Assembly: GCA_005223125.1 (NCBI GenBank)
Contig: NJBH01000021.1
Location: forward strand, 1 to 63,024
From: Promethearchaeota archaeon Loki_b32
GTDB lineage: Archaea; Asgardarchaeota; Lokiarchaeia; Sigyniarchaeales; SOKP01
DNA length: 63,024 nt
Reading direction: 5' to 3'
A program made the position numbers and the translations under genes. Positions 40,348-50,005 of this stretch are shown here, one piece after another; positions within the stretch are counted from its first letter, which is position 1; every line of letters starts with the position of its first letter. A model generated the notes under the pieces. The model had not been told where the DNA came from, ran no database searches, and saw nothing but the letters and a program-made list of their open reading frames with translations.

Positions 40348-41034
40348 TTGATTGCAATAATGTTTGAAGAATTAGATACTTTATTCCAAAGTCCTACAAT
40401 AAAGCCATCATTTGAAAAAGTCCATGTTATTTTAGCTTTATTTATATTTGAGGAAAATAAGGACGGTATTGGAAGATATCGTTTACAAAAAGAATTATTA
40501 ATTGGTTCTGGAACAGCAAGATCTCTTATTAAGAAATTGAACGAAATTATTAATTTTATAACAGTATTAGATGATGAAAATAAGAAAAAAGGTCATGTTC
40601 TTACTAAAAATGGTATGAATTTCCTAAAAAGAATTAAACAGAAAATCCCACTAATAGAGGGGGGAGATCCATCAGAATTAGAGGATATAATTATTAAATC
40701 AGAAGGTTTTAATCCTTGTTTTTGCTTAATAAGAAATGCTTCTAATAAAATAACAAATGGAATTGAGCAGAGAGATGCTGCTATTAAAATTGGTGGTGTT
40801 GGAGCAACTTGTTTGATCTTTAATGGTAGAGATTTAATTTTTCCTTCACAAATAATTTCTGAAAATGAAAAAGATCAAATGAGAGTTGCAAATACAACTT
40901 TCAATTATATCGTTAATCTATTTGATAAGAAAAATTCTCAATTAGAAGAAAATGATGTTGTTATTATAGGACTAGACGAGAATCCTGAAAAAGCAAGGTT
41001 AGCAGCTCTGAATGCTGCTTTAACAATATTGTAA
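40348..41034 (+). CDS. Winged-helix protein (DUF4443-like)
   Basis: IGRYRLQKELLIGSGTARSL; GIEQRDAAIKIG..GAT. Confidence 0.75.
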   Translation: MIAIMFEELDTLFQSPTIKPSFEKVHVILALFIFEENKDGIGRYRLQKELLIGSGTARSLIKKLNEIINFITVLDDENKKKGHVLTKNGMNFLKRIKQKIPLIEGGDPSELEDIIIKSEGFNPCFCLIRNASNKITNGIEQRDAAIKIGGVGATCLIFNGRDLIFPSQIISENEKDQMRVANTTFNYIVNLFDKKNSQLEENDVVIIGLDENPEKARLAALNAALTIL

Positions 41035-41058
41035 TATAGGGGGTTAGATGTTTATCAA

Positions 41059-41550
41059 TTGAAAGTTGAAAAAGATATAATTCTATTTGTCAATCTTGAC
41101 GTTTTAGACGAAATTAAACGATGTGTTAAGAAAGCGTACCCTAATGAAGCCTGTGGCTTAATTTTTGGTACAATTCTTGAAAAAAAAAAACTCAATAGTG
41201 AAAATGAATATTCTTATCACTATTATGGTTATAAATTTGAATGTATTGAATCTTCACGAAAAAGTCCAGTTGCTTTTTTAATGGATGATTATAATAAATT
41301 AGTAGAAATCTCGAGTAAATATTCTAATGACTACAATTATCAATTACTTAGTATATTTCATTCTCATCCGGGTAGTGCTTATCCAAGTGGAGTAGATATT
41401 CCATATATGAAAAGTTATTATAAGAGTGGTATATCTAAATTTAAATATTTAATTTGGACCATTATGGATATGAATAGTGAAGAATTAAATGGGTTTATAT
41501 ATATTTTTGATGAACTTAAGCAAATATCAATTCAGATTAAAAAAGAATAA
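41059..41550 (+). CDS. JAMM/MPN+ metalloprotease
   Basis: PNEACG and FHSHP...PSGVD. Confidence 0.9.
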   Translation: MKVEKDIILFVNLDVLDEIKRCVKKAYPNEACGLIFGTILEKKKLNSENEYSYHYYGYKFECIESSRKSPVAFLMDDYNKLVEISSKYSNDYNYQLLSIFHSHPGSAYPSGVDIPYMKSYYKSGISKFKYLIWTIMDMNSEELNGFIYIFDELKQISIQIKKE

Positions 41551-41565
41551 TCTATTAAAAAAGAA

Positions 41566-42207
41566 TCATTCCGTTTGAGAAAAACCGTTTTTATCAATTG
41601 TACATAATTGAATTTTATATCCAGAGCCAGCATCTCTTTCTCGGGAGCTAGAAATTGCTGTTTTTATAAGCTCAATACCCTTAGCTTTAGTTAAATTAGG
41701 CTTCCAGTCCGCTTCTAGCACACCAAGACTAAAAGGGCTACCGCTTCCAAATGATATAAAGCTATCCTCCTCATACAACGTACCTAGAAGATCGATCCCA
41801 TAAAGTTTTCCAGATTTTTCTTTACGTGAAAAACCGCCGATTAAGATCATTGAAACGAAAAAACTTCTGCCGCTGAATAATATATTACGACAAATGCTAG
41901 CTACATATTTTGGTTCGGGAACTCTCTCTTCCTCAACTTCTTTTAACCGAGATAATGCCTTTAATTGATTAACTACATATGAACAATCTGCCACACCCCC
42001 GGCAATAGTTGCAGCGGTATATTTATTAATTTCAAATAACTTCTGGGCTTGTTTGGACACTACGAAGGTTCCTGCAGTCGCCTGACTATCTGTGGCAACA
42101 ACTACTCCGTCTTTAATCATAATCCCGACTGTTGTTGTTCCTGTTTGAAGCATCTTCTCATATTGTTCATGATCCAATTGTTTCTTATTAAAATTATTTT
42201 CCATCAT
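41566..42207 (-). CDS. psmB: Proteasome beta subunit
   Basis: Propeptide followed by TGTTTVG, GSGS, RDAGSG. Confidence 0.95.
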   Translation of the reverse strand: MMENNFNKKQLDHEQYEKMLQTGTTTVGIMIKDGVVVATDSQATAGTFVVSKQAQKLFEINKYTAATIAGGVADCSYVVNQLKALSRLKEVEEERVPEPKYVASICRNILFSGRSFFVSMILIGGFSRKEKSGKLYGIDLLGTLYEEDSFISFGSGSPFSLGVLEADWKPNLTKAKGIELIKTAISSSRERDAGSGYKIQLCTIDKNGFSQTE

Positions 42208-42386
42208 TTTGCTTAGATTTAGAAACTGTTTTATTGAATAGCTAAATTAGTGATACATAATAAATAAAAATTTGTTCTATATTTATTTTACTTTAATAAA
42301 TCATAACTCACTGATATTTACAAAAAATTTTAAAGATATAATTTCTTATCTTACCTATTAAATGGAATAAGTTTGGTAATTCTTAA

Positions 42387-42764
42387 ATGGCTCGTAGTCA
42401 AGCGCGGAGTAGAAGAAAATATACTGGAAAAAAATATAAGCATTTTAGAAAGAAAAGAAAAAGAGAATTAGAACGTCCTAGAATAGCTACCATCATAGGC
42501 GAAGAGAAAAAAAAGAAAGAACGTGTCTTAGGTGGTAATATGAAGCTAAAATTATTTTCTACGAAGTTTATTAATGTAACAGATCTGAGTACAAATAAAA
42601 CTCAAAAGGTTAGAATATTAAGCTTTGAAGAGAATCTTGCTTCAAAAGATTTTAATCGAAGGCACATCCTAACAAAAGGAGCCATAGTTGAAACAGAATT
42701 AGGTAATGTAAAAATTACAAGTCGTCCTGGTCAACATGGAGTTCTAAATGGGGTTCTAGAATAA
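42387..42764 (+). CDS. rps8e: 30S ribosomal protein S8e
   Basis: TKGAIVETELG..KITSRPGQHG. Confidence 0.97.
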   Translation: MARSQARSRRKYTGKKYKHFRKKRKRELERPRIATIIGEEKKKKERVLGGNMKLKLFSTKFINVTDLSTNKTQKVRILSFEENLASKDFNRRHILTKGAIVETELGNVKITSRPGQHGVLNGVLE

Positions 42765-42932
42765 GAATTCAAAAACATTGATTTAGAACGTTTTTCACTA
42801 CTTCAATCTTGGTACTTGATATTGAGTACCAGGTACCCCAAGTCCTTCTTTTACAGGAATTTTTTTTTACCATATAAGTAGCAGTAGAAAATTTCATAAA
42901 ACTTTTTGAAAAGGGGTAAATAGTGATCAAAA

Positions 42933-43304
42933 TTATTCTTGAATTTTAATATTCTTTACATTTGCTTTTTTACCTTCAATTATTTCTGTATTATTACTCC
43001 CACAATGAGAACACTTGAATAACTGAAGTCCGGTCAATTGTGCTTCTCGAGTCAAAGATATTTCTGAAGTTTTATTACATTCTCGACATTTGACTTTACC
43101 AGGAGTTATTTTAATTACTAATTCTGCACCTTCTGCAATTGATCCTTTCGTAGCCATTTCAAAAGATCGTTGAAGGAGTTCAGGAACTATAAGTGTTAAC
43201 TCCCCAATTTCAAGTAAGACTTCAGAAATTTTTTTAGCATTATATTTTAGTGCTGTAGCTTCAGCCACCTTAAAAATATTATAAGCAAAGGCAAATTCAT
43301 GCAT
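42933..43304 (-). CDS. hypA: Hydrogenase maturation nickel metallochaperone
   Basis: Start set at the MHE motif (43304); CREC and CSHC Zn ligands. Confidence 0.92.
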   Translation of the reverse strand: MHEFAFAYNIFKVAEATALKYNAKKISEVLLEIGELTLIVPELLQRSFEMATKGSIAEGAELVIKITPGKVKCRECNKTSEISLTREAQLTGLQLFKCSHCGSNNTEIIEGKKANVKNIKIQE

Positions 43305-43314
43305 GATAGGAAAA

Positions 43315-43635
43315 TTAAGCTTTCGTGTGTAGCTTTCTAATTTCTTTAGCAACTTCAAGCAGTACTTTATTCTTTTTTTTGCCTTTTAAATCTATTAACA
43401 CTCTTCCAGCGTCATCCCACCATGTTCTAGAATATTTATAATTTCTCTCTATTTCCACATTATAACCAAGATTCCTTGCTGCTTTAGATATATCTTCTAA
43501 ACTCACTTTATCGATCGCAAATTTTTTAGAAAGTCGTCTTCCATTACTCCGGCTTCTTTTTGCATCAAAATATTGCGGCCAAAAGATAATATATGGTTTT
43601 CTAGAACGCATGATTTTAATTAATATAGAAAACAA
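43315..43635 (-). CDS. srp19: Signal recognition particle protein SRP19
   Basis: IFWPQYFDAKRSRSNGRRL, YSRTWW..GRV. Confidence 0.93.
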   Translation of the reverse strand: MFSILIKIMRSRKPYIIFWPQYFDAKRSRSNGRRLSKKFAIDKVSLEDISKAARNLGYNVEIERNYKYSRTWWDDAGRVLIDLKGKKKNKVLLEVAKEIRKLHTKA

Positions 43636-43895
43636 AAATATAGAATTTAATATAAAAAACCCTTAAAAGAATATAAAAATTATCAGAATAGTTAATTTGT
43701 TTTATTTTATTTGAACTTAAAGTTTTATATGGTATAATAAAAAACATAATTTTTAACGGTAAAACTCTTTTATAATATTAGTTTTACTTGTCTATACCAG
43801 CACTTTAATAAGATTAGTTATTTAATTCTTTGATTATCTCTTGATTATAAGAGATAATTGATAAAATCTTTGAAAAGAGAAGCCTGTTTAGCAAA

Positions 43896-43999
43896 GGGAG
43901 GGTGGTCTAGCTTGGTATGATACTCGGCTGGGGGCCGAGTGGTCGGGGGTTCAACGGGCTTCCCGTTTCGGGCATCCCGAAAAAATCCCCCCTCTCCCA
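43896..43999 (+). tRNA. tRNA-Pro(GGG) with a 30-nt intron at position 58/59
   Basis: Acceptor GGGAGGG/CTCTCCC, anticodon arm CTCGG-CTGGGGG-CCGAG; T arm GGGGG-TTCAA|AT-CCCCC restored by removing 43955..43984. Confidence 0.9.
43955..43984 (+). other. Non-canonical T-loop tRNA intron with relaxed BHB
   Basis: [GUUC]-AA^C-GGG...CCC-[GAAA]-AA^A-U; one G.A mismatch in the central helix. Confidence 0.8.
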
Positions 44000-44106
44000 T
44001 TTTTTTTTCAATAATTCCCAAATGACATAAATTACTTTTCCTTGAGTATCTTAATATTTTTTACAGTGTATTATTGTTAATTACTCAAAATAATTAAAAA
44101 CAGAGA

Positions 44107-44331
44107 ATGGGGTTGTTAAAAATTATACAAATAGAAGATTTTCAAGATTATGAATGGGCAAATGATTGGAATACTATCGTAGAATTATTTAATGTGATTA
44201 AGAAATTGAAAGAATTATTTAATTGTTTAGATGTCCCTTATCTTCGAGAAGTAGAGCAGAGAATTCTAATATTAAATCTTGAAAAATATGTATGTTCCCT
44301 ACAAAACTATATAATTGAAAAATACTCTTAA
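44107..44331 (+). CDS. Hypothetical protein
   Basis: 74-aa ORF filling an intergenic gap. Confidence 0.6.
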   Translation: MGLLKIIQIEDFQDYEWANDWNTIVELFNVIKKLKELFNCLDVPYLREVEQRILILNLEKYVCSLQNYIIEKYS

Positions 44332-44464
44332 TTTCTTTTCATATGAGATAAGCAAAACCTTCTACCATATATTAATGGAGTCTTATTTATTTAGTTAAAA
44401 TTTATAAATTTACGTAGTCTATTTTTTGATAAAAAACACATAAAAAAATAAAGTTGAGTTTAAA

Positions 44465-44767
44465 ATGGTATGGAGTAAGTTGCAAGCGTCTGATAAATTA
44501 ATGTGTGTTGTAGCCATAATTGGTGGAATTATAAGTCTAATAGAATCAGGATTACATATGTTAGATTTATTTGAATTTTGGAGTTTTGGAATAATCTTTG
44601 ACCTAATTGCTCTTGTCCTCGCAATCATTGCAATATTATTAGGAATAAAACCAGTACATTATACTCCCTCGATTTTAGTATTACTAGGACTATTTTTGAT
44701 TATATTTGGAAGTTGGATTGGTGGAATAGTCGTACTAATCGCCGCGCTTATTGGAATTCTAAGTTAA
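44465..44767 (+). CDS. Small membrane protein
   Basis: 3-4 hydrophobic helices. Confidence 0.7.
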   Translation: MVWSKLQASDKLMCVVAIIGGIISLIESGLHMLDLFEFWSFGIIFDLIALVLAIIAILLGIKPVHYTPSILVLLGLFLIIFGSWIGGIVVLIAALIGILS

Positions 44768-44936
44768 TTATTTTTTTTCCTATTTTTTGTTTTAACCTTT
44801 AGTGGTGTTCTTCTAATGTCTTTAAAAAAAATTAAAAAAATTGTTCAGACTATTTCAATTTATAAATATTCGTAATATATAACCATAATATATTTGCATA
44901 ATTTGAAGTAAAACTAGTCAATCTTTAAGATCTATA

Positions 44937-45806
44937 ATGAGATTACGAAAATTAGGGAAAACAGGTTTAGAAGTAAGTGAAATTGGTTTGGGAACGGAAT
45001 TTTTACGAGAGCAATCGAAGAATACTGTTATTTCTGTAATACAAGAGGCTATAAAACACGGTATTAATTATTTTGATATTGTTTTTAATATTTCTGAATA
45101 CATTAATAATATCAGTTTAGCCATTAAGGATTATAGAGATCAAATAATACTTACTTGTCATTTAGGAGCAATAGAAAAAAACGGTAAACATCAAAGAACA
45201 CGGAGTATTGAAGCATGTGAACAAACTTTTTTAAAAACCCTTTCACAATTTGGAAAAGGTTATATCGATATTGTAAATATACAATTTGTTAAGGAAAATG
45301 AATATGAATCAATAATTGCTTCAGGAGGTTTATTAGATCTAGCAAAAAGGTTACAGCAAGAAGGAAAAGCAAAATTTATAGGGATAAGTACACATGATAT
45401 TTCCATATGCCAAAAAGCAGTCATGAGTGGTCATTTTGATCTAATAATGAATCAGATAAATTTAGCAAATCATACACTGCCAGGAAGAAAAGTCTTTTTA
45501 GAAACATGCAAGAAAGAAGAGGTGGGTCTTGTAGCCATGAAACCCTTTGCAAGGGGAAAATTACTACAAAGAAATAGAACTGTAAATATAGCAAAATATC
45601 AATCGGGAGGTATTAGTATTAAGAAGAAAATACCTCGAGATATTACACCAATAAAATGCTTAAGTTATACTCTTTCTCAAACGAGTGTTTCAACAACTAT
45701 CCCTGGAGTTAAAAATATTCAAGAATTAAAAGAGAACCTTACATATTTAAATGCTTCAGATGAAGAAAAGGATTTTACGAGTATAATAAATGAATTTAGT
45801 GTGTAA
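44937..45806 (+). CDS. Aldo/keto reductase
   Basis: LGKTGLEVSEIGLG, GINYFD, IGISTH, AMKPFA. Confidence 0.9.
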   Translation: MRLRKLGKTGLEVSEIGLGTEFLREQSKNTVISVIQEAIKHGINYFDIVFNISEYINNISLAIKDYRDQIILTCHLGAIEKNGKHQRTRSIEACEQTFLKTLSQFGKGYIDIVNIQFVKENEYESIIASGGLLDLAKRLQQEGKAKFIGISTHDISICQKAVMSGHFDLIMNQINLANHTLPGRKVFLETCKKEEVGLVAMKPFARGKLLQRNRTVNIAKYQSGGISIKKKIPRDITPIKCLSYTLSQTSVSTTIPGVKNIQELKENLTYLNASDEEKDFTSIINEFSV

Positions 45807-45846
45807 TTAAATCTTTGTTTTTAAAATTTTTGATAAAAATTTATAA

Positions 45847-46704
45847 TTATTTTGATAAAGCAAGTGCTAATAATAAAGCTCCATGTATTTCAGAAAAATC
45901 ACCTACTCGAGATGTGTCTATAATTGTATGCTTTAATCCCATGTAAATAGCACCATATGCCTTTCCCCCTCCTAAGTGAACTAATGTACGATAAATCAGG
46001 TTTCCAGAGATACCGTCAGGAGCTATAATTAAATTCGATTTATTTTCGATAGCTTTTTCTATTAATATTTCATCATGAGTTACCGTTATGTTAACAAATT
46101 TCCTTTTCATTAATTCAACAATTTTATTGGCATCCTGAATGGTTTTATCAACTTTGGCATCTCTTCCAGTATCACTGATTCTACCCCCACTTAAAACACT
46201 TATTTTTGGAATAATATTAATTTCATTTAATTCTCTTACGGCTAATTCTAAGAATTTAATTTTTTTTTCTAGATTATTACACTCATCAATCCCAACCGGA
46301 CCGTAGAAGAATTGATAATTATTATATGTTTCCAATAAGGCTAATCTATTAATTTCTCTTGAATTTAAATATATTTTGAGATTCTTAAGGAATTTAGTTG
46401 AGCTTATAGAACCTCTTACAATAGAATTGATAGACTTGTTAAGTAAATATTCAAAAATAGATTTCTCTGGTTCTTGACATTCAATAAATTTCAATTGTAA
46501 TTCAATATTGCTTATTTGCATTTGTTCACGAACTTTATTCACAGAACTTTTTTTTCCAAAAATAAAAACGCTGGAATTTCGTGTTTCTAAAAAATTCAAA
46601 CTTGCTTTCAAGATTTTATTATTATGGTATTCAGAATCTCCTAATCCAATTCCAATATTACTCTTTTTTTCTTTTGCGGCTTCTTCAAATTTCTGTAGTA
46701 TCAT
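45847..46704 (-). CDS. MtxX/Mmp4-like (phosphotransacylase-fold) protein
   Basis: PVGIDE, LSGGR, APDGISGNLIYRTL, DTSR. Confidence 0.8.
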   Translation of the reverse strand: MILQKFEEAAKEKKSNIGIGLGDSEYHNNKILKASLNFLETRNSSVFIFGKKSSVNKVREQMQISNIELQLKFIECQEPEKSIFEYLLNKSINSIVRGSISSTKFLKNLKIYLNSREINRLALLETYNNYQFFYGPVGIDECNNLEKKIKFLELAVRELNEINIIPKISVLSGGRISDTGRDAKVDKTIQDANKIVELMKRKFVNITVTHDEILIEKAIENKSNLIIAPDGISGNLIYRTLVHLGGGKAYGAIYMGLKHTIIDTSRVGDFSEIHGALLLALALSK

Positions 46705-46723
46705 ATTAGATTAAGAATAATAA

Positions 46724-47848
46724 TTAGAATATATTATAAAAAAAGAAAGCTAGAATAATAGTTAGTGCATTATATACACCATGCGTAATTATGACTGCTA
46801 TTAAATTTTCCTTACGCCAATAATAAATTAGCCCTAATAAAAGCGAGATTGCGAAATAAGGTAAAAATGATAGAAGAAATGAGATAAATAAAACTAATGG
46901 GCTTTCTAATATATATAGAAACACTACTAATACATGAATCATTGCAAAAATAAAAGCAGTAATTAATATTCCACCCCATTTCCCTAAGCTTCGGGTTAAT
47001 CCTTTTTGCATAAAACCTCGAAATAAAATTTCTTCAGAGGTTCCGATAATAAGTATCATTATTAACGATAAGAGGACTAAACTAAGAATATCTGAAGAAG
47101 ATATTAATATATCTACATCAGATGTGGCACCACTAACATCTCTAATAATCTCACTATCAAAAATAGATTCCAGAAGTATTGCAGTTAAAATTGTAATTCC
47201 AAATACTATTATTACTCCTGCTATTGCGAATCCTAAACCTATTAGAATTTCTTTAATTAAACCTACTCTATTAAAACCTTTTCGAGTAAATCCTAGTAAT
47301 CCTAATCTATTTTTTAGAGTAGGCCTTTGGAGATATTTTCCTACATATAATACTGGAACTAATATAAAAATCAGTTCAAAAAATGAACTAAAAATTAAAA
47401 AATAGGGATTTGAAATGAGATCATATAGAATCTCTAAATTAAAGGAAAAGAAAACTATTATAACGATTAATCCAGCAGTTATAAAATCCATTAAAAGAAA
47501 AGCACCTAAAGGAACCCCAATCGAAGGCATTGTTCCCCATAATTCATGATCTTTTGTATTAAGTATTTCTTCGTCTAAAATTTTTTTAGGTCCAATTTTA
47601 ATTGGATGGCGATAGGATTGGGGAGATAGAGTTGGGATTATATAAGGATTTAATACTTTTTTTGGGTGTAATTGTTTATGTTCCCTAATATATTGAAGAT
47701 TTACACCGCAACTTATGCAAAATTTAAGTTTATTAATTTCAGGAATCTTTTTTCCACAAACTGGACAAAATGACCATTTTTTTTCGACTATTTTAATTCC
47801 TTTTTTAGAATTTGTGGAATCTTGAACATCTTTATTGTTCATTTTCAA
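46724..47848 (-). CDS. Zinc ribbon plus CPBP intramembrane protease
   Basis: CPVC..CISC; EEILFRG, FAMIH, HGVYN. Confidence 0.9.
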   Translation of the reverse strand: MKMNNKDVQDSTNSKKGIKIVEKKWSFCPVCGKKIPEINKLKFCISCGVNLQYIREHKQLHPKKVLNPYIIPTLSPQSYRHPIKIGPKKILDEEILNTKDHELWGTMPSIGVPLGAFLLMDFITAGLIVIIVFFSFNLEILYDLISNPYFLIFSSFFELIFILVPVLYVGKYLQRPTLKNRLGLLGFTRKGFNRVGLIKEILIGLGFAIAGVIIVFGITILTAILLESIFDSEIIRDVSGATSDVDILISSSDILSLVLLSLIMILIIGTSEEILFRGFMQKGLTRSLGKWGGILITAFIFAMIHVLVVFLYILESPLVLFISFLLSFLPYFAISLLLGLIYYWRKENLIAVIITHGVYNALTIILAFFFYNIF

Positions 47849-47911
47849 AATAAAAAAAGAAATTAAATTACTAAAAGATTTACATTTCTAATTAGACTTA
47901 TAGGGAAACAT

Positions 47912-49876
47912 TTAAATATAATTTCTTATAAATTTGACTCTATTAACTTCAATCTCACCTTGAAATAGACTTGAACTTGGTATTTGATAATAATTATATT
48001 TAACAAGTTCTTCAGCTCTTTCTACTTCAAATTCTAGTTTTATTGAAGGCATCCAAAATGTTTTATTAGTGAGCTGATATTCTGCCATTACCAAAAAAAG
48101 AGAGGTTCCTGGAGCTTTTGGGATAATTTTTGTTTTGATTTTTCTCCTTTCGTTTGCTTTTAATCTCTTAATATTTGTAAATTTCAATTTGGATTGAAAC
48201 GAGTTTGGCATAAAAAAGTAAATTTTTATATCTTTTATATCAGTCAAATTTGGATTCTCTATAATTAGGCTAATAATTTCTGGATGATTCAACTTTAATT
48301 TCTTATTTTCTACTTTTATATCGAAAAAAAGAGGGTATGATAATACTTTCTCATCTAAATTAAAACTTGAATTAAGGAGTTTTTTAAGATTAGGTTTTAA
48401 TTCTAAGCTGAATTGATTTTTCTGTTCTTCCAAGGATAAGATTTTTTTACTTCTAATTTCTTCGAAATTTAGAAATATACGATTAACATATTTTAAGATA
48501 TATTTGTCAAATTCAGTATGTTTAACTGAAATAAGAGAAATAAATTTCTTACAATATTCTGATTTAAAATTTCGAAGTAATGGCTTTTGAAAAATATCTT
48601 TAATAAATTTCTTTAATAGTTCATCTAAATTTAATAAATCCTTATATTCAATTTCAGTTCTCTCAATAACTTTCTCATTAAAGATGTCATCTTGTAAAAA
48701 ATCACTCAGAGTGTTCATTAGTTCAACTGCTTCAGAGTTGTAAACTTCAAAAGCCTTTATAATCATATCTTCTAACAAACTATTGAACTTCTTAATATTT
48801 TTATTATTATAATTAATAAATTCTGTACGATATGATTCTAAATAATTTATTAATTTTCCAGAATGTAATTTTAAAAGGTCTCTTTGATAAATTTGATATT
48901 TTTCAGAAATATCTTTTATCCAATTTCTAACATTATTTAATTTTTCAAGATTTTCCTCAGTATTAAATATAATATTTTCTTCTACAGAATAAGAAGAAGA
49001 AAAAGGATTATCTATTTTCACTTTTTCTAATAATACACTAGTATCGCGTACCAGTTGATAGATACTTTCAATTTGAGAATATAAATTATATTTCTGAAAA
49101 TCTTCTGTTTCAATTTTGTTTAGTTTATTTAATAATAATTCGAATTTTTCTGAATAGTACTTAGGGTTTTTATTCAAGATTCCCCGTAATATTGCAGCAA
49201 ACTCGGTAATAATCTCATATATTTCTTTTTTCTTACATATTTTAGAATAATTATTTTCTAATCTTGTAATATTACAAAAATCAACAATATTTTTATAATT
49301 CCTTTCAGCAAGTTGATAGTATTCAGTGCATTTTTCAAGATAAGATGATTTTTTGGCTAGATAACTATAATATAATCCCAATAATGATTTGTTAATTATG
49401 TAAGAGAGATCTTTATACTCTTGATATTTTTTTCTAATATTTTCTTCTTGTAAATGAGTTAATAGAAATTCTTCTACTATAATCTCAAAATTACCAGCAG
49501 AACGAATTAAATAATACAATTTTATAGGATCAATATTAATGTTGTCTAATTTTGTTATAATTAAATGTCTATACTCATTAAAATCAGTATTTAGCTTATA
49601 AAAAAAAGATTGAATTAAAGATTTACGTCTTTCGATTTCTGAATCTTTAATATTTCCTTTCTGTTTTATTGATGTAAGATGTAGAATTTCATTCAAATAA
49701 TATTTGAAAGAGTATAATGATTCCATATATAAAGTTTTGGCACCACAATAAGGACACTTAGCTACTGAGCCTTTTAAAATAGGGAGACCGCAACCACATT
49801 TCTTACATGGGAAATACAGAATCAAGACTAGAGTTCCTACTGAAAGTAATTTATTATATTTCTTATAGAGTAACAA
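47912..49876 (-). CDS. Hypothetical protein: zinc ribbon, helical region, C-terminal Ig-like domain
   Basis: CKKC...CPYC; IENPNLTDIKDIKI; start uncertain. Confidence 0.65.
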   Translation of the reverse strand: MLLYKKYNKLLSVGTLVLILYFPCKKCGCGLPILKGSVAKCPYCGAKTLYMESLYSFKYYLNEILHLTSIKQKGNIKDSEIERRKSLIQSFFYKLNTDFNEYRHLIITKLDNINIDPIKLYYLIRSAGNFEIIVEEFLLTHLQEENIRKKYQEYKDLSYIINKSLLGLYYSYLAKKSSYLEKCTEYYQLAERNYKNIVDFCNITRLENNYSKICKKKEIYEIITEFAAILRGILNKNPKYYSEKFELLLNKLNKIETEDFQKYNLYSQIESIYQLVRDTSVLLEKVKIDNPFSSSYSVEENIIFNTEENLEKLNNVRNWIKDISEKYQIYQRDLLKLHSGKLINYLESYRTEFINYNNKNIKKFNSLLEDMIIKAFEVYNSEAVELMNTLSDFLQDDIFNEKVIERTEIEYKDLLNLDELLKKFIKDIFQKPLLRNFKSEYCKKFISLISVKHTEFDKYILKYVNRIFLNFEEIRSKKILSLEEQKNQFSLELKPNLKKLLNSSFNLDEKVLSYPLFFDIKVENKKLKLNHPEIISLIIENPNLTDIKDIKIYFFMPNSFQSKLKFTNIKRLKANERRKIKTKIIPKAPGTSLFLVMAEYQLTNKTFWMPSIKLEFEVERAEELVKYNYYQIPSSSLFQGEIEVNRVKFIRNYI

Positions 49877-50005
49877 ATTTATAATTACTTATTAAAATGT
49901 TATCCTTATACTTCTTAAAATCAGAATATTTTGATAGATTTTTAAAGGTAATAAAAAAAAAGATTCATTTGATAAAAATAACACTTTGAATATAAAAAGA
50001 ATTAA

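Noticed and set aside
42808-42843. Hairpin between rps8e and hypA as a SECIS or ncRNA
   Set aside because: No in-frame UGA in the neighbouring genes and no SECIS core; probably a terminator-region hairpin
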